A DNA stretch of 64,000 nucleotides from Eledone cirrhosa (GCA_964016885.1 OZ024747.1:92814001-92878000); one strand, 5' to 3'; numbered from the stretch's first letter, positions 10,896 to 23,492 are shown. Notes: generated from the sequence alone by a model not told the origin. Made by a program: numbers and translations.

Positions 10896-12814
10896 AAAAT
10901 ATTGGTGGATGTAAAAACTTATAATGGGGCCCACAAGGTTAACACCAACTTTAGCAAAGAAAATGGCCTTAAAACGCTTGTTGCTGTTGTTGTTTTTTGT
11001 TGTTGTTTTTTTTCTACCCGCAGCCGCCTGAGGATTACCCTCAGTAGGGCTAGACTCACGTGTGGGAGACGCACGAGTTCATCCATGCTGGAGTCGAGTT
11101 GGTGGTGATAACAATCCACCATCAAGGCCGGACATCTCATCCAAAGATGTTCAGAGGATTCTTCTTCCTCTCCGCACAGACGGCATGTGTTGATTTCCGC
11201 TTGGCCGATCATATGGAGCCATCTCCTTAATGACGTGTGATGTCCACTGCGGAAGCGGACGAGATGGTTCCTATCTGCTTTGGAGAGAGTTTGCTCACTC
11301 TCTTTATTTGGGTGGCGGCTAAAGACTGAATGTAGGCGTTGATGCTGGATCGGTGGTGGGCGAAATTCCCAGCGAATGACGGCGCGTTGGGTGGCGGCAT
11401 CGATTGAACTTTCCAGTTGAGTAGATGCTGAGCTTTGTTTCGCCTGGGCGTCCGCCAGTTCTTTCCCTTTGATGTTGCAGTGCCCCGGGACCCAGACAGC
11501 TGCTAAGGTTCCTCCTTTGTGATTTTGTTAGCGATCCCTTGCAGCTCGGTAATGAAAGGGTTATGGGGGAAGGGGTTGTTGACTGCTTGAACCAGTGACT
11601 TGCAGTGACAGATGACATTGGAGGACTCCCAGCTGGTGTCTGCCTGCAACCATAGGAGGGCTTGTTTGAATGCAATTCTTTCGGAATGAAAGGAACTGCT
11701 ACGAGCCCCCGTCGGAGTGTGCCACTCGTGAACTACCTCTTCATTTTGGATGGTTACAAGATCGGCACCGCCATTGGTCGTACTGTCGCATGTTGATCCA
11801 TCTGTACACACGCAAATGTCGACCGGGGGAGTGTCGATAGATGATCCAGTGCTGCTTTAAGTTGTAGTGCTACTGGCATTGATTTGCTCACCAGGGTAAA
11901 GGTAGCAGGGATTGGTGGTTGTAATTCCCACGGCGGCTTCTTATGTGGTAGTTGGGTGTCTGTTGTCGAGGGTATGCCAAGACGATAAAAGGCTGGCAGC
12001 TGTCTACATCGCCAATCAAGACGGCGGAGTTGGCGCCTTACGTTAGCATTGAGTAATTGGTTTCGATGATCGGAGGTGGGGAGGTGTGCCCATTCATCCG
12101 CCTTCAAGGGGGAGAGAGCATGAAAGCGGCATTCCAACGGTGGAATGCTTCAAGTAGGACAGCCTCAGTTGATGTTGTGCGTACATGTCCAGTGATCGCT
12201 CAAGCTGCTTCTAGTCGTGCTCTTTCAAGCTTGCTGATGTTAGTGGCTGACAACCAGGGAGCCCAGCCTGGGGAGCCATACTCGGCCAGGCTTCGGTGCA
12301 CTGCGATGTATACTTGATGAAGATCTGCGGTATGCCAGCCCCAGGAGGTACCCTCAAGGGTGTGCAGGATGTTGACGTGCTGTTGAAGATTTTGGCAGAT
12401 GTTTTTAACATGTTCCCCAAAGGAGAGTGTCCTATCATATGTGACGCCCAAAAAGACGGGATTAGGGTTAAAGGACAGTCTTACCCCGTCAATAGTAATA
12501 TTTGGTTGCCACCTCGCTTCTGCACTGGATGTTCCAAAGAAGGTTGACTCGCATTTTGATGTGTTAAGTGGGAGTTTAACTTCTTTACTCCATGCTATCA
12601 CTTTATCCACTTCCTTTTGTAACCGTTGCGCTATTTCCTCCTTTTTCTTACCGCAGCACGCGATAGCAAGATCATCGGCGTATGTGCTGACATGTGTTGC
12701 AACCAGGAAATTCCTTTGGCTGCAAAATATTGGTGGATGTAAAAAATTATAATGGGGCCCACAAGGTTAACACTAACTTTAGCAAAGAAAATGGCCTTAA
12801 AATGCTTGCTGTTG
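10896..12814. repeat. ~85-90 bp direct repeats (10896-10980 and 12724-12814) flanking the I-group LINE
   Basis: AAAATATTGGTGGATGTAAAAA…GGCCTTAAAA(C/T)GCTTG is present at both ends with about 3 substitutions. Confidence 0.92.
10981..12723 (-). mobile_element. 5'-truncated I-group (Ingi/I/Nimb-like) LINE: RT C-terminus, RNase H, CCHC finger, (CAA)n/poly-A tail; frameshifted
   Basis: STYADD at ~12672-12690; FLGVTYDRTLSF and GTSWGW in ORF 12200-12610; RNase H CTDGS…SSSFHSERIA in 11503-11811; CRLCGEEEESSEHLWMRC in 10919-11212; tail at 10981-11013. Confidence 0.88.
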
Positions 12815-13175
12815 CAGTATACTATTTCCTTCCTCATACCATATATGTTCAGCCAGTTCTCCTGATCCAGTGGTTTCTCTTCATATTAAGGCTTTCTACT
12901 TTTCCTCTATTCTGACCTTTAGAAGGCTATCAGTGTCTCTTTAATCTTTTGGCATTTAAACCAGCATGTGTTATAAACTGGTAAAATTGTGTCCCCAGAA
13001 AGTGTGGGGCAATGAAATTAAAATGTCCTAATAAGTGTATAAAGTTAGGTCATTTTGCCAAATATCAGTAGTTTGCGCCTACTTACAATATCAAGGACAC
13101 TTCATATGAAAGTGGCATTGCATCCACGCTCTATGTCAATAGTATAGATTTTGATGTTAAAGATATCTACTTTAA

Positions 13176-13383
13176 CCTTTCAGCATTTAAACCAGCTGGA
13201 TCCAGCCAGAATTCTCTCACCTCTTTCTGTTCAAAGTGGCAGTAACCAGACACTCATACTGATGTTAAGATATTGTTCTCAAAATAAATAATATCAAAAT
13301 CTCATAGATTCGATATTATGTGAGGTAAAGCCTTTACTGTGAAAATACAATGGTAAATATTGAATAATGTAAAAGCTAAAGTA
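13176..13383. mobile_element. piggyBac-type MITE family 1 (worn right end)
   Basis: TTAA|CCTTTCAGCATTTAAACC… with the same internal sequence as the other copies. Confidence 0.7.
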
Positions 13384-14129
13384 TTACAAAGACCTTCTGA
13401 AAATTCCTATGTTCTAGCCACTTCTTGGGAAGTTTGACTTTGGTGAGGAATCTGCTAAATGTAATGTTACTTTTGAACACAATTCTGATGCTATAAGAGT
13501 TGCAAATCCTCTAAAGTTTTTCAGACAGTTTCTTATAGTAAGGTAAAGGCACTGTAGAATTTGATTTAACCTATACTTTGACCTTGTGAATAGCAGTAGG
13601 TATTATATAATGGACTGGCTATTGTTTGTTATACAGGAATATATTTTTCATGTGACTCATTTCTTTTGTATAAGTGAATATATTGGTGCAGATTTGTTTT
13701 TGCTTGAAGTTGTAGGAAGTGAATAATTCCTTTCCTAACCAAAGATGTGGGTTCGACTCCCATGTACATCACTACTCATCCTTTTTCCATTCAGAGGGTT
13801 TTTATCCCCACCATCAGACTAATTTCTTAGTCAAAATGCGATGTAAACTTATATTCCTACTTTATTCCTTTCCAAACAAAATTGTTTTTCGGGACAAAGG
13901 AAATATTCTGTAATTATGTGTGTGTATCTCAATTTAGAAAGACACATAGACAAGACCCACTGGACAGATGCAATGTATCCGAACAGGGAAGAGCTGAACT
14001 CCCACTGTCATCACCCCCATCTCTCTCGCCCTCCCAATCTCTCTATATAGTCAGCAAATGGGGTCCCAGAATGGAGAAGGCATTTCCCCAAGGAATATTT
14101 TTTGAATGATAAGACTAATAATTTAAGTA

Positions 14130-14490
14130 GAGTCTAGTGGCAGACGGTCTTGAAATAATGATATTCTGATATCTGTTTCAATCCTTTTTACCAATATATC
14201 AAGAAATGACAGTTGGTTGGTTTTTCCTCTTTCAGGACAACCTAACTGATGTATATTCATGTATGTAAGTGCAATTAAATTTACAAGAACTGTGACATCT
14301 TCTTTATGTTGCCAGAGTATGAAGGTGTAAACCACATATCTTATTCAAGCTGTGAGTTCTAGCATTGTTCTGTTTAAAGATAAGTCTTCTAAGTAATCAG
14401 ATGTAGATGTTTGTCATTACTAATGATGATCGTGAATACATCCCTTCCACCTGCTGGTAAATTTCATCAACAATCTGGAAAATAACCATT
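14130..14490 (-). mobile_element. Decayed Penelope-like RT fragment
   Basis: NQLSFLDILVKR…IRISLF resembles the Penelope RT motif (L.FLD+.V.R). Confidence 0.55.
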
Positions 14491-14499
14491 CTTAAGTGC

Positions 14500-14930
14500 A
14501 ATCGGAGAGCATCGGACAACATGCTTAATGGCATAGAGTTACTGCCCTTTAAGATCTGAGTTCAAATCCTGCCAAGGTTAACTTTACCTTTCATCCTTAC
14601 AGGGTCAATAAAATAAAGTACCAGTAATACACAGGGGTTGATTTAATTTACTTTCCCCTCCCCTTCAAATTGCTGGCCTTGTACCAAAAGTAGAAATAAA
14701 TTATTACATTAGGGTGGTAGATTGCAGTATTGGTAGAGTGTCAGACACCCTGCTTTACAGCATAGAGTTATGGCCCTTTACGTTCTGAGTTCAAATCCTG
14801 CCGAGGTTAGCTTTGCCTTTCATCCTTACGGGGTCGATAAATTAAAGTACCAGTAATGCACTGGGATCGATTTAGTCAAGTTTCTCTCCTCCAAAATTGT
14901 TGGCCTCGTGCCTAAATCTTAAACGATTAT
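14500..14930 (+). mobile_element. Two tandem tRNA-derived SINEs with Nin/Deu-like core (family A)
   Basis: B-box GAGTTCAAATCC, core CTTTGCCTTTCATCCTTACGGGGTCGATAAA…AGTACCAGT, and 3' end GGCCTTGTGCCTAAA…AAACAATTAT. Confidence 0.85.
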
Positions 14931-16800
14931 GAACATTTTACAATACCTTATCTGTTGGTCATTTTACTGCACATGATTAGAATGAGCTCCATTGTTTACA
15001 TCTGAAGAAGTTCTATCCATGAGAGAGAAAGTTATGTCAACCAAAAATAAAAACAGCTTAGTGAATGGTAATAACTGATTACAAATCTTATGTAAACTCG
15101 AGGCTTATGTATTTTTTGTTAGGTCCTAGTTATATATTGTCTGGATTGACGCATCAAGAAGGCCTCTGCTCTTCTTAAGTTATTAGAAGAGATAACATGC
15201 AAGGTTATGCATAAAAGAATTTTCTAAGAAGAAAATAATACCAAACCTGTCTTTTCAAATGCCACCAGAAATATTCAAAAGAATATATCAAGCAATCTAA
15301 ACTTTATTTATAGAGGGTTTATGGAGAAAAAATTACTATTTATACCTTCCTTGTTCTTTCTTTATTTCTTCCCCTTCTTTTTGCCATTCATAAACTATTT
15401 TGAAATAGCTCCCGTACATTGAGGAAAAAAACTAGAGTAATAGCAGAATGGAATCGGTAGAATATATAATTAAAAGTGAGAATATAATCAATTCTAAATA
15501 ACCAACAAGAACAAGTAGATGTAGAAGATATTGTGATGAGAGGAGTTTAGGAGGAAAACAAAAGATGATTTTGACTTGTTAATCAAGCAGGTGTCACTGG
15601 TCATTGTCTATGGGAATACTTTTCTGGTCTTGTCTCAGGGCACTGCCCCATTACCACTGTACCCTAGCCCAAGAGCCTATCACCCTCCCCCTTCCTTCTC
15701 CTCATTCTTCTGTGACACTAGAGCTCTTGCCTTTCCATTCCTTTTCGTTATTTTTTTATATTTTCTTATCTTACATTCCATTCTTTCTTCTCACTCTATT
15801 TTTTTTTCTTGTTCTTTTCATTTGTATATTAGTTTACTTTGACAGTTGTCAATAAAATACTAATAAATATTATTTCATTTTAATTCAAAATATTTCTAAC
15901 ATAAATAATTAATTGACTTCTTAAATGCTAACTGTTTTGTTCTATCCCAAGGTTTCCTTGAAATTAAGACAGAAAACCAAGTGAACAGTGAAATAAAAAA
16001 GATTAAAAAAAGTATTAACTTTTATTTTTTTTAAATATAACAAGTGTAAATATATAAGAATTACTCTAGATAGAAGGAAATGTTATTAAAAAGACAAACA
16101 TTGTGCAACAAAGGAAGATATATGGCCAGCAGAGCCATATGAATTACAGAAGGACAAGAATGTGGATAACAGAAAGAATAAATGCATGAAAAATATGAAT
16201 AGTAAATGAAGGTGTATATAATGAGAATAATATAGATTCTTGGCAATATATGTTGAACTAATTAACACTCAATAGAAATTGCATGAGGAAAATAAAAGAA
16301 TTAATAATCTATTAGATATATTTGATGGTTATCAAGATGAATATAAATGGCGATATGGAGCAAAAAGTTAGATGAATAGAGGAATCTAATTACCAAGAAA
16401 ATATCTTCATTCACTTTTGTTTTGGTCTCAAGATGATATAGAGAAGAGATTCTGAATAGAAACTATAATGTACACAACTACAGAATTTAACAATAGTTAA
16501 AAAGCAGGTTGTACTAAGTAATGCTAATCAGTATATCTCTCTCTCTATATATATATATATATAAAATAGAGTGCTCAACCGGCATACCGCCTATGGAAGC
16601 ATCTTAGCTACCATAAGACACACACATATATATATCATTGTCATCATTTAATGTCTATTTTTCCATGCTAGCATGGGTTAGAGGGGTTATTCTATTTGAG
16701 GCAAGTCGGGTCAGGTGACTTTGTCTTGCTCATACAGAACTGTTTCTGGTTTGGTTTCTACAGCTATATGTCCTTCCTAATGTCCACCAAATTTACAGTT

Positions 16801-16841
16801 TGTGCTAGGTGCTTATTATCATGACACCTACATAATCACTG

Positions 16842-16881
<40 letters not shown>

Positions 16882-16922
16882 CAGTGATCATGTAAGTGTC
16901 ATCATAATAAGCACCTACCACA
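16801..16922. repeat. Palindrome centred on (TA)n: arms 16801-16844 and 16879-16922
   Basis: TGTGCTAGGTGCTTATTATCATGACACCTACATAATCACTGTAA is mirrored across the (TA)n tract. Confidence 0.9.
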
Positions 16923-16932
16923 TATATGTATA

Positions 16933-16981
<49 letters not shown>

Positions 16982-17492
16982 GCTTTTATATATATATGAG
17001 CAAGGCATGGTCAGCCGACCAGATACTGCACACAACAGGACAACCCGTCTAACCCATGCTAGCGTGGAAGAACGGACGTAAAACGGTGATGATGATGATG
17101 ATGATGATATATATATATGCTTTTTATCATGCCACCTACATGATCACTGTAATATATATACATATATATAGTAATAATTTATTTCGATAATCCGCGAAAA
17201 GCAGACAACAAACAGAACGTCTTCCTGTCTTCCTCCAGTTGCAACGTTGTTTGAAATATCCAGTTGTGCGTTTACAGATTGACTTTGTTAGTTTCAGAAG
17301 ATCTCGTTAAGGGTGAAAGCAGCGATTCTTTGCTTAAACTTTGCTTAAACTTTAATCTGTTATTTAATAAATATACATATATATATATACACACGACCGT
17401 GACTTCTGGCGTCACGCAGTAATACAGGGTACCCGACCTCCCATGGGTACATGCTGAAGCATATAAACAATATGCCCCCCCCCCCCCCCCCC

Positions 17493-17763
17493 ACCGCAAG
17501 GTGGTCGTGGAGGTGCCACGGCAAAAAAGCACCCAGCCCACACTGTAAAGTGGACGTGTAGGCGCCACGAAAAAGCACCCAGCACTAACTGTAAATGAGG
17601 TTGGTGTTAGGAAGGGCATCCAGCTGTAGAAATCAAGCCAGATCAGTTCCTGTATGAGCAAGGCATGGTCAGCCGACCAGACACTGCCCACAACAGGACA
17701 ACCCGTCTAACCCATGCTAGCGTGGAAGAACGGACGTAAAACGGTGATGATGATGATGATGAT
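17493..17763 (+). mobile_element. 3' half of an RTE-tailed SINE with (GAT)n tail; tail duplicated at 16995-17108
   Basis: GTTGGTGTTAGGAAGGGCATCCAGCTGTAGAAA…CCCATGCTAGCGTGGAAGAACGGACGTAAAACGG(TGA)n. Confidence 0.8.
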
Positions 17764-17767
17764 ATAT

Positions 17768-17959
17768 AGTTTTAATATAGATGAGATTCTACAGGACTAG
17801 AACTGTTTCATTCTTTAGAAATCAGGGATTCCTGATGATTTCTAAAGAATGAAACAGTTCTAGTCCTGTAGAATCTCATCTATATTAAAACTTTTATACT
17901 CTGCTATGTATTGAGTACCTTACTTACTGTGGTTACCTCCGATTCAACCCGGAATAACG

Positions 17960-17960
<1 letters not shown>
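17768..17960 (+). mobile_element. Penelope-like pseudo-LTR fragment with perfect 57-bp inverted arms (17768-17824 and 17836-17892)
   Basis: Perfect palindrome containing a hammerhead core. The downstream part 17895-17958 is homologous to the minus strand of 58930-58995. Confidence 0.75.
17825..17877 (+). ncRNA. Type I hammerhead ribozyme (core intact)
   Basis: Stem I GGGATTC/GAATCTC; CTGATGA at 17832-38; stem II TTC-TAAA-GAA; GAAA at 17851-54; stem III CAG-TTCTAGTC-CTG; cleavage triplet GTA ending at 17870. Confidence 0.8.
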
Positions 17961-18018
<58 letters not shown>

Positions 18019-18119
18019 AAATGGAAGTTCAGTAGAATCAAAGCCCTGGATGCGGCCATGTTAATGAATGCAATCCGGAATGTGCAGTTAAGCACTCAAT
18101 AAGGTAGTTTTACCTTAGA

Positions 18120-18313
18120 ATAATAACTGTTTCTACTTTAGGCACAAGGCCAGCAATTACCCAGTGCATTACTGGTACTTTATTTTATCGACCCCGTAAG
18201 GATGAAAGGCAAAGTCAACCTCGGCAGGATTTGAACTCAGATTGTAAAGGGACGTAACTATGCTGGAAAGCATGGCGTCCGACCCTCCACCGATACTGCC
18301 AATCCACCGCCCA
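18120..18313 (-). mobile_element. SINE family A
   Basis: Reverse complement of the family A head (GGGCGGTGGATTGGCAGTATCGGT) and core. Confidence 0.85.
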
Positions 18314-18809
18314 ATAATACCTTAGAATAATAACATTACGTTTAGGCAGCTTGACAAATTGAAGATTGTGACCGGTGAGCCAGCCGCAAGGACCAAAGCA
18401 ACGAGAAAACCAACTCAGGATAATTTGATAGTAAATGACAGCTATTTTTTTTTTAAGCTTTTGTTGTGTACTGTAAATTTGGATGTATATATAAAATATA
18501 TTAGTGTACTCCACCTACAGACGAAACTCCAGAGCAACAAGACTTTGGCCTGAAGTAGTGTATATTGTATACTATATATTTGGTTGACTCCATAGGTCAA
18601 TGTACAATTATTTGTGATTGATCCCATGTGTGTCATTTACATATAGTAGTGGAGGTGTGAACATAGGGAGAATATAATCTTCTATATAGATTGTCTCTTG
18701 TTAAAGTTTGATATGTCTTATTATACATTTATATTATTGGATATTTATGTGTATATATATATATGTCATTCACTATTTTATAATGATATATATATATATT
18801 ATATATATA

Positions 18810-19152
18810 GCAAAGGAAGTGTGGTAAGAAACCAGGTGGACCATAACGCACCAGAGTACTTAGGGTAGTATATATATTATGTGTGTGTGTGTGTGTGTGT
18901 ATTTACATGTATGCACACACTGTATTGCATATACCTAGTCTTACTTAACTCGTATATGGAATTACCCCTTGAAGAGTTCGGCTATATCAACACCACACTA
19001 AACATTTAATTTAGTCCAGAAATAGCTGTCGAGACAGCTTGAGCTCTGCCGTCGGGGTCCTGTCTCTTTTCCTATTACCCACTCTACTACCCAAAGTATC
19101 GAGTACTCTGGTGCATTATGGTCCACCTGGTTCCTTACCATACTTCCTTTGT
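18810..19152 (+). mobile_element. Penelope-like pseudo-LTR remnant with decayed hammerhead and an inverted terminal copy (18811-18861 vs 19101-19151)
   Basis: TTGAAGAG…GAAATAGCTGTC at 18969-19030. CAAAGGAAGTGTGGTAAG…AGAGTACT is mirrored, and the element sits in (TA)n. Confidence 0.6.
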
Positions 19153-20474
19153 TATATATATATATAATATATATATTAACATCTGGTAATGGTATTTTGT
19201 AATCTCTTTTTCTTTTCTTTTTAATATACATAACCTCTACAATTGTATATTTTCTTATGAAGTGATTCAAAGAATTATCTACAACGCTGAGTCAGCATTT
19301 TAGATTTAGAAAATTATTTTATTTATTGGAATAACATCAAACAATTAGCCACTGAAATAACTATAAATGACTATATTCTAATTAATTTCATCATCAATAG
19401 TTTGCATAAAAAGAATGTTAAATTTACCTTAAGAATTAAGAGATTGTTTATCAAGACTCATTTGTCATTATAAGCCTAATTATTGTCTATTTCCTTTATC
19501 AATTGCATTCAATCAGTTTTGCCTATTAATGATATTTTGTTTATTAGTGTTTATAGAGATTTTTGTTTTCAAGCTGAAATAGCTAAACAGCATTTAAAAA
19601 TAAAAGTATTCATTGGTTGTGGTTGATCATGTAAATTGTCAGAGTTGATTCTTTATGTATTTGACTGAGTAATTTTTATAAAATTTCATTGAATATTCTT
19701 CATCATCTTCTTTATGTTCTATTTTTTCTGCCTTTAAACCAAAAATTATTTTAATATGTGTTTATTTTTCTTTCATAATGATCAAGGACTTGTTCTCAAG
19801 CTGCTTTCTATACAAACATTATACACCAAATTTGATTTGTTTAATAGCATCGAAAACTCTTCACAATAATCTTAATTAGATTCATTTCAAGAAGAATTTC
19901 AGTTTTTTTCCCCAGATAAAGCAGTATGAGCTACAACATTAGCCATAATTTATTGTTCCTTTTGTCAGATTTTTAAAATCTTTTTGATTCTCTTTAGGTA
20001 TATATATATATGGATATTCTTTACTGAGTTTCTTTTGATATAATTATGTCAATTCTACAACGTTTTCTTTCTCTATTATGTCCTTTTTATTTTTTTTTTC
20101 CATTTTTTTTTTCTGTATCAATATGATTAAACATTGCAGCTTTCATTGCCAAGCAGTAGCTGGATTTCTCACAATTAATATCTTCCCTAACCCAGGTGAA
20201 AATACACAAGATAAGAATGAAGAGCTATAAAGTCTATCAATTAAATAATTGATACACTTCTTGAAAAGGAATGAAAAGCTCAGTTTAAACAAACTTATTT
20301 TAAAATGCTTTGAAAAATATATTATTAGTGTTTTACATTCAATTTCTTATTTATGTTGTATTATGATGTATTATTGCTAACAACTCTACACATAGTTCTT
20401 TAGATTTTCCTATTCCAAATTCCACCTCCAGTTCATCAGCTCCATTCACTATGCATTTGATAACTGATCCCTAA

Positions 20475-20694
20475 CCCTTTAGCATTTACTTTACTCTATA
20501 TTTACTATTGTATTTTGTGGTAAAAGCCTTATCTTACATAATTATCTCACATATTATCGAATCTACGAGATTTTGATGTTATTTATTTTGAGAACATTAC
20601 CTTAACTTCAGTATGAGTGGCCAGTTACAGCCAGTTTAAACAGAAAGAGGTGAGAAAATTTTGCCTGGATACAACCGGTTTAAATGCTAAAGGG
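20475..20694. mobile_element. piggyBac-type MITE family 1
   Basis: CCCTTTAGCATTTA … TAAATGCTAAAGGG|TTAA. Confidence 0.85.
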
Positions 20695-20737
20695 TTAAGA
20701 AACATGGATATAGATATTGTTAATAATTATTTACATA

Positions 20738-20916
20738 ATAATTGTTTTTACTTTTGGCACAAGGCCAACAATTATCCCAGTGGATTACTGGTACTTTATT
20801 TTATTCGACCTCATAAGGATGAAAGTCAAAGTTAACCTTGGCAGGATTTAAACTCGGATCGTAAAGAGATGTAACTATGCTGGAAAGCAGGTCCGACCCC
20901 CTACCGATACTGCCAA
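20738..20916 (-). mobile_element. SINE family A
   Basis: Reverse-complement match to the core and head. Confidence 0.8.
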
Positions 20917-21007
20917 TAATATCTGCTAGTTATATATAAGTTGTGAAGGTATGTGGTTTAGTGGACTAGATTTAGTACTTACATGTCAGTAATTAAATAT
21001 TGTGATT

Positions 21008-21250
21008 GCACATGGCTTAGTGATTAGAGAATTGAATTTGCAATTGTGGGGTTGTGAGTTCAATTCCTGGACTGGATGGTGTGTTATATCCTTGAGCAAA
21101 ACATTGTATTTCACATTGCTCTTTCTGCTTGGAGTTGCAGCTGGGAAATAGTGTCAATAATAGAAAGACCGATGGAAACATTGTTTCCTTGGTCCAATTT
21201 GATGAGTTGTCACCCCACTTGGTAAGTGAATGAGGTCTGGGACCTTGTTG
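21008..21250 (+). mobile_element. SINE family B
   Basis: GCACATGGCTTAGTGATTAGAG…GTGAGTTCAATTCC…CCTTGAGCAA; 3' part shared with the copy at 56625. Confidence 0.8.
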
Positions 21251-21263
21251 ATTGATTTAAATA

Positions 21264-21264
<1 letters not shown>

Positions 21265-21305
<41 letters not shown>

Positions 21306-21324
21306 TATACACACACACACATAT

Positions 21325-21417
<93 letters not shown>

Positions 21418-21440
21418 TACACACACACACACATATATAT

Positions 21441-21483
<43 letters not shown>

Positions 21484-21484
21484 T

Positions 21485-21557
<73 letters not shown>
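21265..21557. repeat. Compound (TA)n/(CA)n microsatellite with higher-order periodicity
   Basis: Read directly. Confidence 0.95.
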
Positions 21558-21558
<1 letters not shown>

Positions 21559-21768
21559 CAGTTTGTCTTGTTTACTCGTTTTATTTCCGTTTTTTTTTTA
21601 CTTTACTTGTACTACCTTTTATTTTCTGTATTTATCCTTTGTGATCCTGTCTCTATTTTTGTACTCCTGAAGAAGGGCTAAAGCCTGACACGTCGAACTT
21701 TCTTTCTTCTTTTCTATATAAAGCATGAAACTAATAAGACATTTGTACCTCTGCTTGTTGTTTCCTTG

Positions 21769-21772
<4 letters not shown>
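21558..21772 (+). mobile_element. Penelope-like pseudo-LTR fragment with mutated minimal hammerhead (21664-21697)
   Basis: CTC-CTGAAGA-AGGGCTAAAGCCT-GACA-CG-TC-GAA, embedded between (TA)n tracts. Confidence 0.6.
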
Positions 21773-21829
<57 letters not shown>

Positions 21830-23435
21830 TTTAAAAACCTTGTATCATGATTCTCTATGAAACCCTTTGTTAAGTTATGCTGCAAACACTTAATAATGAG
21901 GAAGTTAAGTTATTAACTTTTTTATTATCAAACCCTTGCAAATTCTTAATTATTTTCATAGTTATTTGAAAATCAGAGGTAGTTTCTTTTATTAGAAGTA
22001 TGGTAATGAAAGGGTTGCTGGACTAGATAAGCACAGAATAACAAGGTATCATACTTAGACAATAAACACTACTCCTCTGAACCCAATCAGTTTTGCTGAA
22101 AATAGATGCCTTTCACATTTGCTTGACACCATAGCGTCTATGTGATTAGTTATAAAATAATTTACACTCACAATTTTTGTCAGTATGATAACCTGAACAC
22201 ATTACTAAAGCATTTTAAAGTTCAAAGTTTCTAAAAAAAAAATAAAACTCTATATGATGAAATTCTTACATAAAACGGAGCTAACACTAGCTTTTAAAAT
22301 CTACCCTAAAATGTTTTTCAAATTTGTATTCTGTATTTCAGAATATATCCATTAACCTACAAAGAGCAAACCACCTTTGTATGTAACAATAATTATAAGA
22401 AATCTAGAATAATTAAAGATATATAAATAATTAAATTATATCCTTAAAATTCCAATGATTTCAAATAAATTTTCAAAAATTTATTTAAAATCTACGAAAA
22501 ATTTCCAGTGTATGCTGTTTTGTTTCTGTACTCAGCTACTTGTTAAAAGTATTTCATTCCTGCTGAGAGATTTAACCATATTTCTCTGCTTGCTTAAACT
22601 TAGCTCACCACTCAACAACTACCCTTGAGCATGCCAATGTATCTTCATGACATTAACAGTGATTCCTCTGTGAGATTTAAGCCTGTTTAATTGTTCTTTA
22701 AATGCATGTTAAAATATCTGATTATTTGGAATCATGAAAGGATTGTAATTTTTATTTTCTTATATTTTTTTCACTCTCATTAGTTTTTTTATTTCTCACT
22801 ATCTTTACACTACACTTTCACAGAAGTTTATGTAAATGTTATTGAAGTCAGTATATGACTTTAGATCCTAATCTTTCTTTATCCACATCTTCACTCTCTC
22901 GTGACTTGACATCACGAGATTCTTCTAAAGTAGTTGGATGTCAGCTACTTTATTTGTTTCTTCAATTTATTTATTTACTTTGAAAGCTTCTAAGATATGA
23001 CTGTTAACCATGACAAACTTGCTAAAAAGAATCAGCTCTCTGATGATATTTTCTATTTTGCCTTTACTGTATTTTAAAGATATTTAAATGTTTTATAATA
23101 TTAATTTATTCAAAATATAACTAAACTTTTTTTAGTATTCTTACTGAAGTATTTAACAAAATAAACTTGGAGCTTTTATTGGCTGGTCTTTCAAGTTTAA
23201 TTAAAGTAAAATTGTAATTTAATCACTATAGACAAAACAACAGCTAAACAGACCCTATTATTACGAATTCCTCCTCTTCAGAAAACAAAATTTGTTCTGA
23301 TTAAATATCATCATTAGTATCATCTGCTATTCTCCATTCAAAACAAACTTTTCTAAATGTAACATTTAAAGTTTGTGTATATCAGAATGTGTAGATATGT
23401 AGGTATATGTATTTTAATAAAGAAATGTAGATAAC

Positions 23436-23492
<57 letters not shown>

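Noticed and set aside
17275-17315. Minus-strand TTAACGAG…GAAAC…GTC as another hammerhead (similar weak cases at ~24825 and ~49300)
   Set aside because: Too many core and stem mismatches to support by eye.
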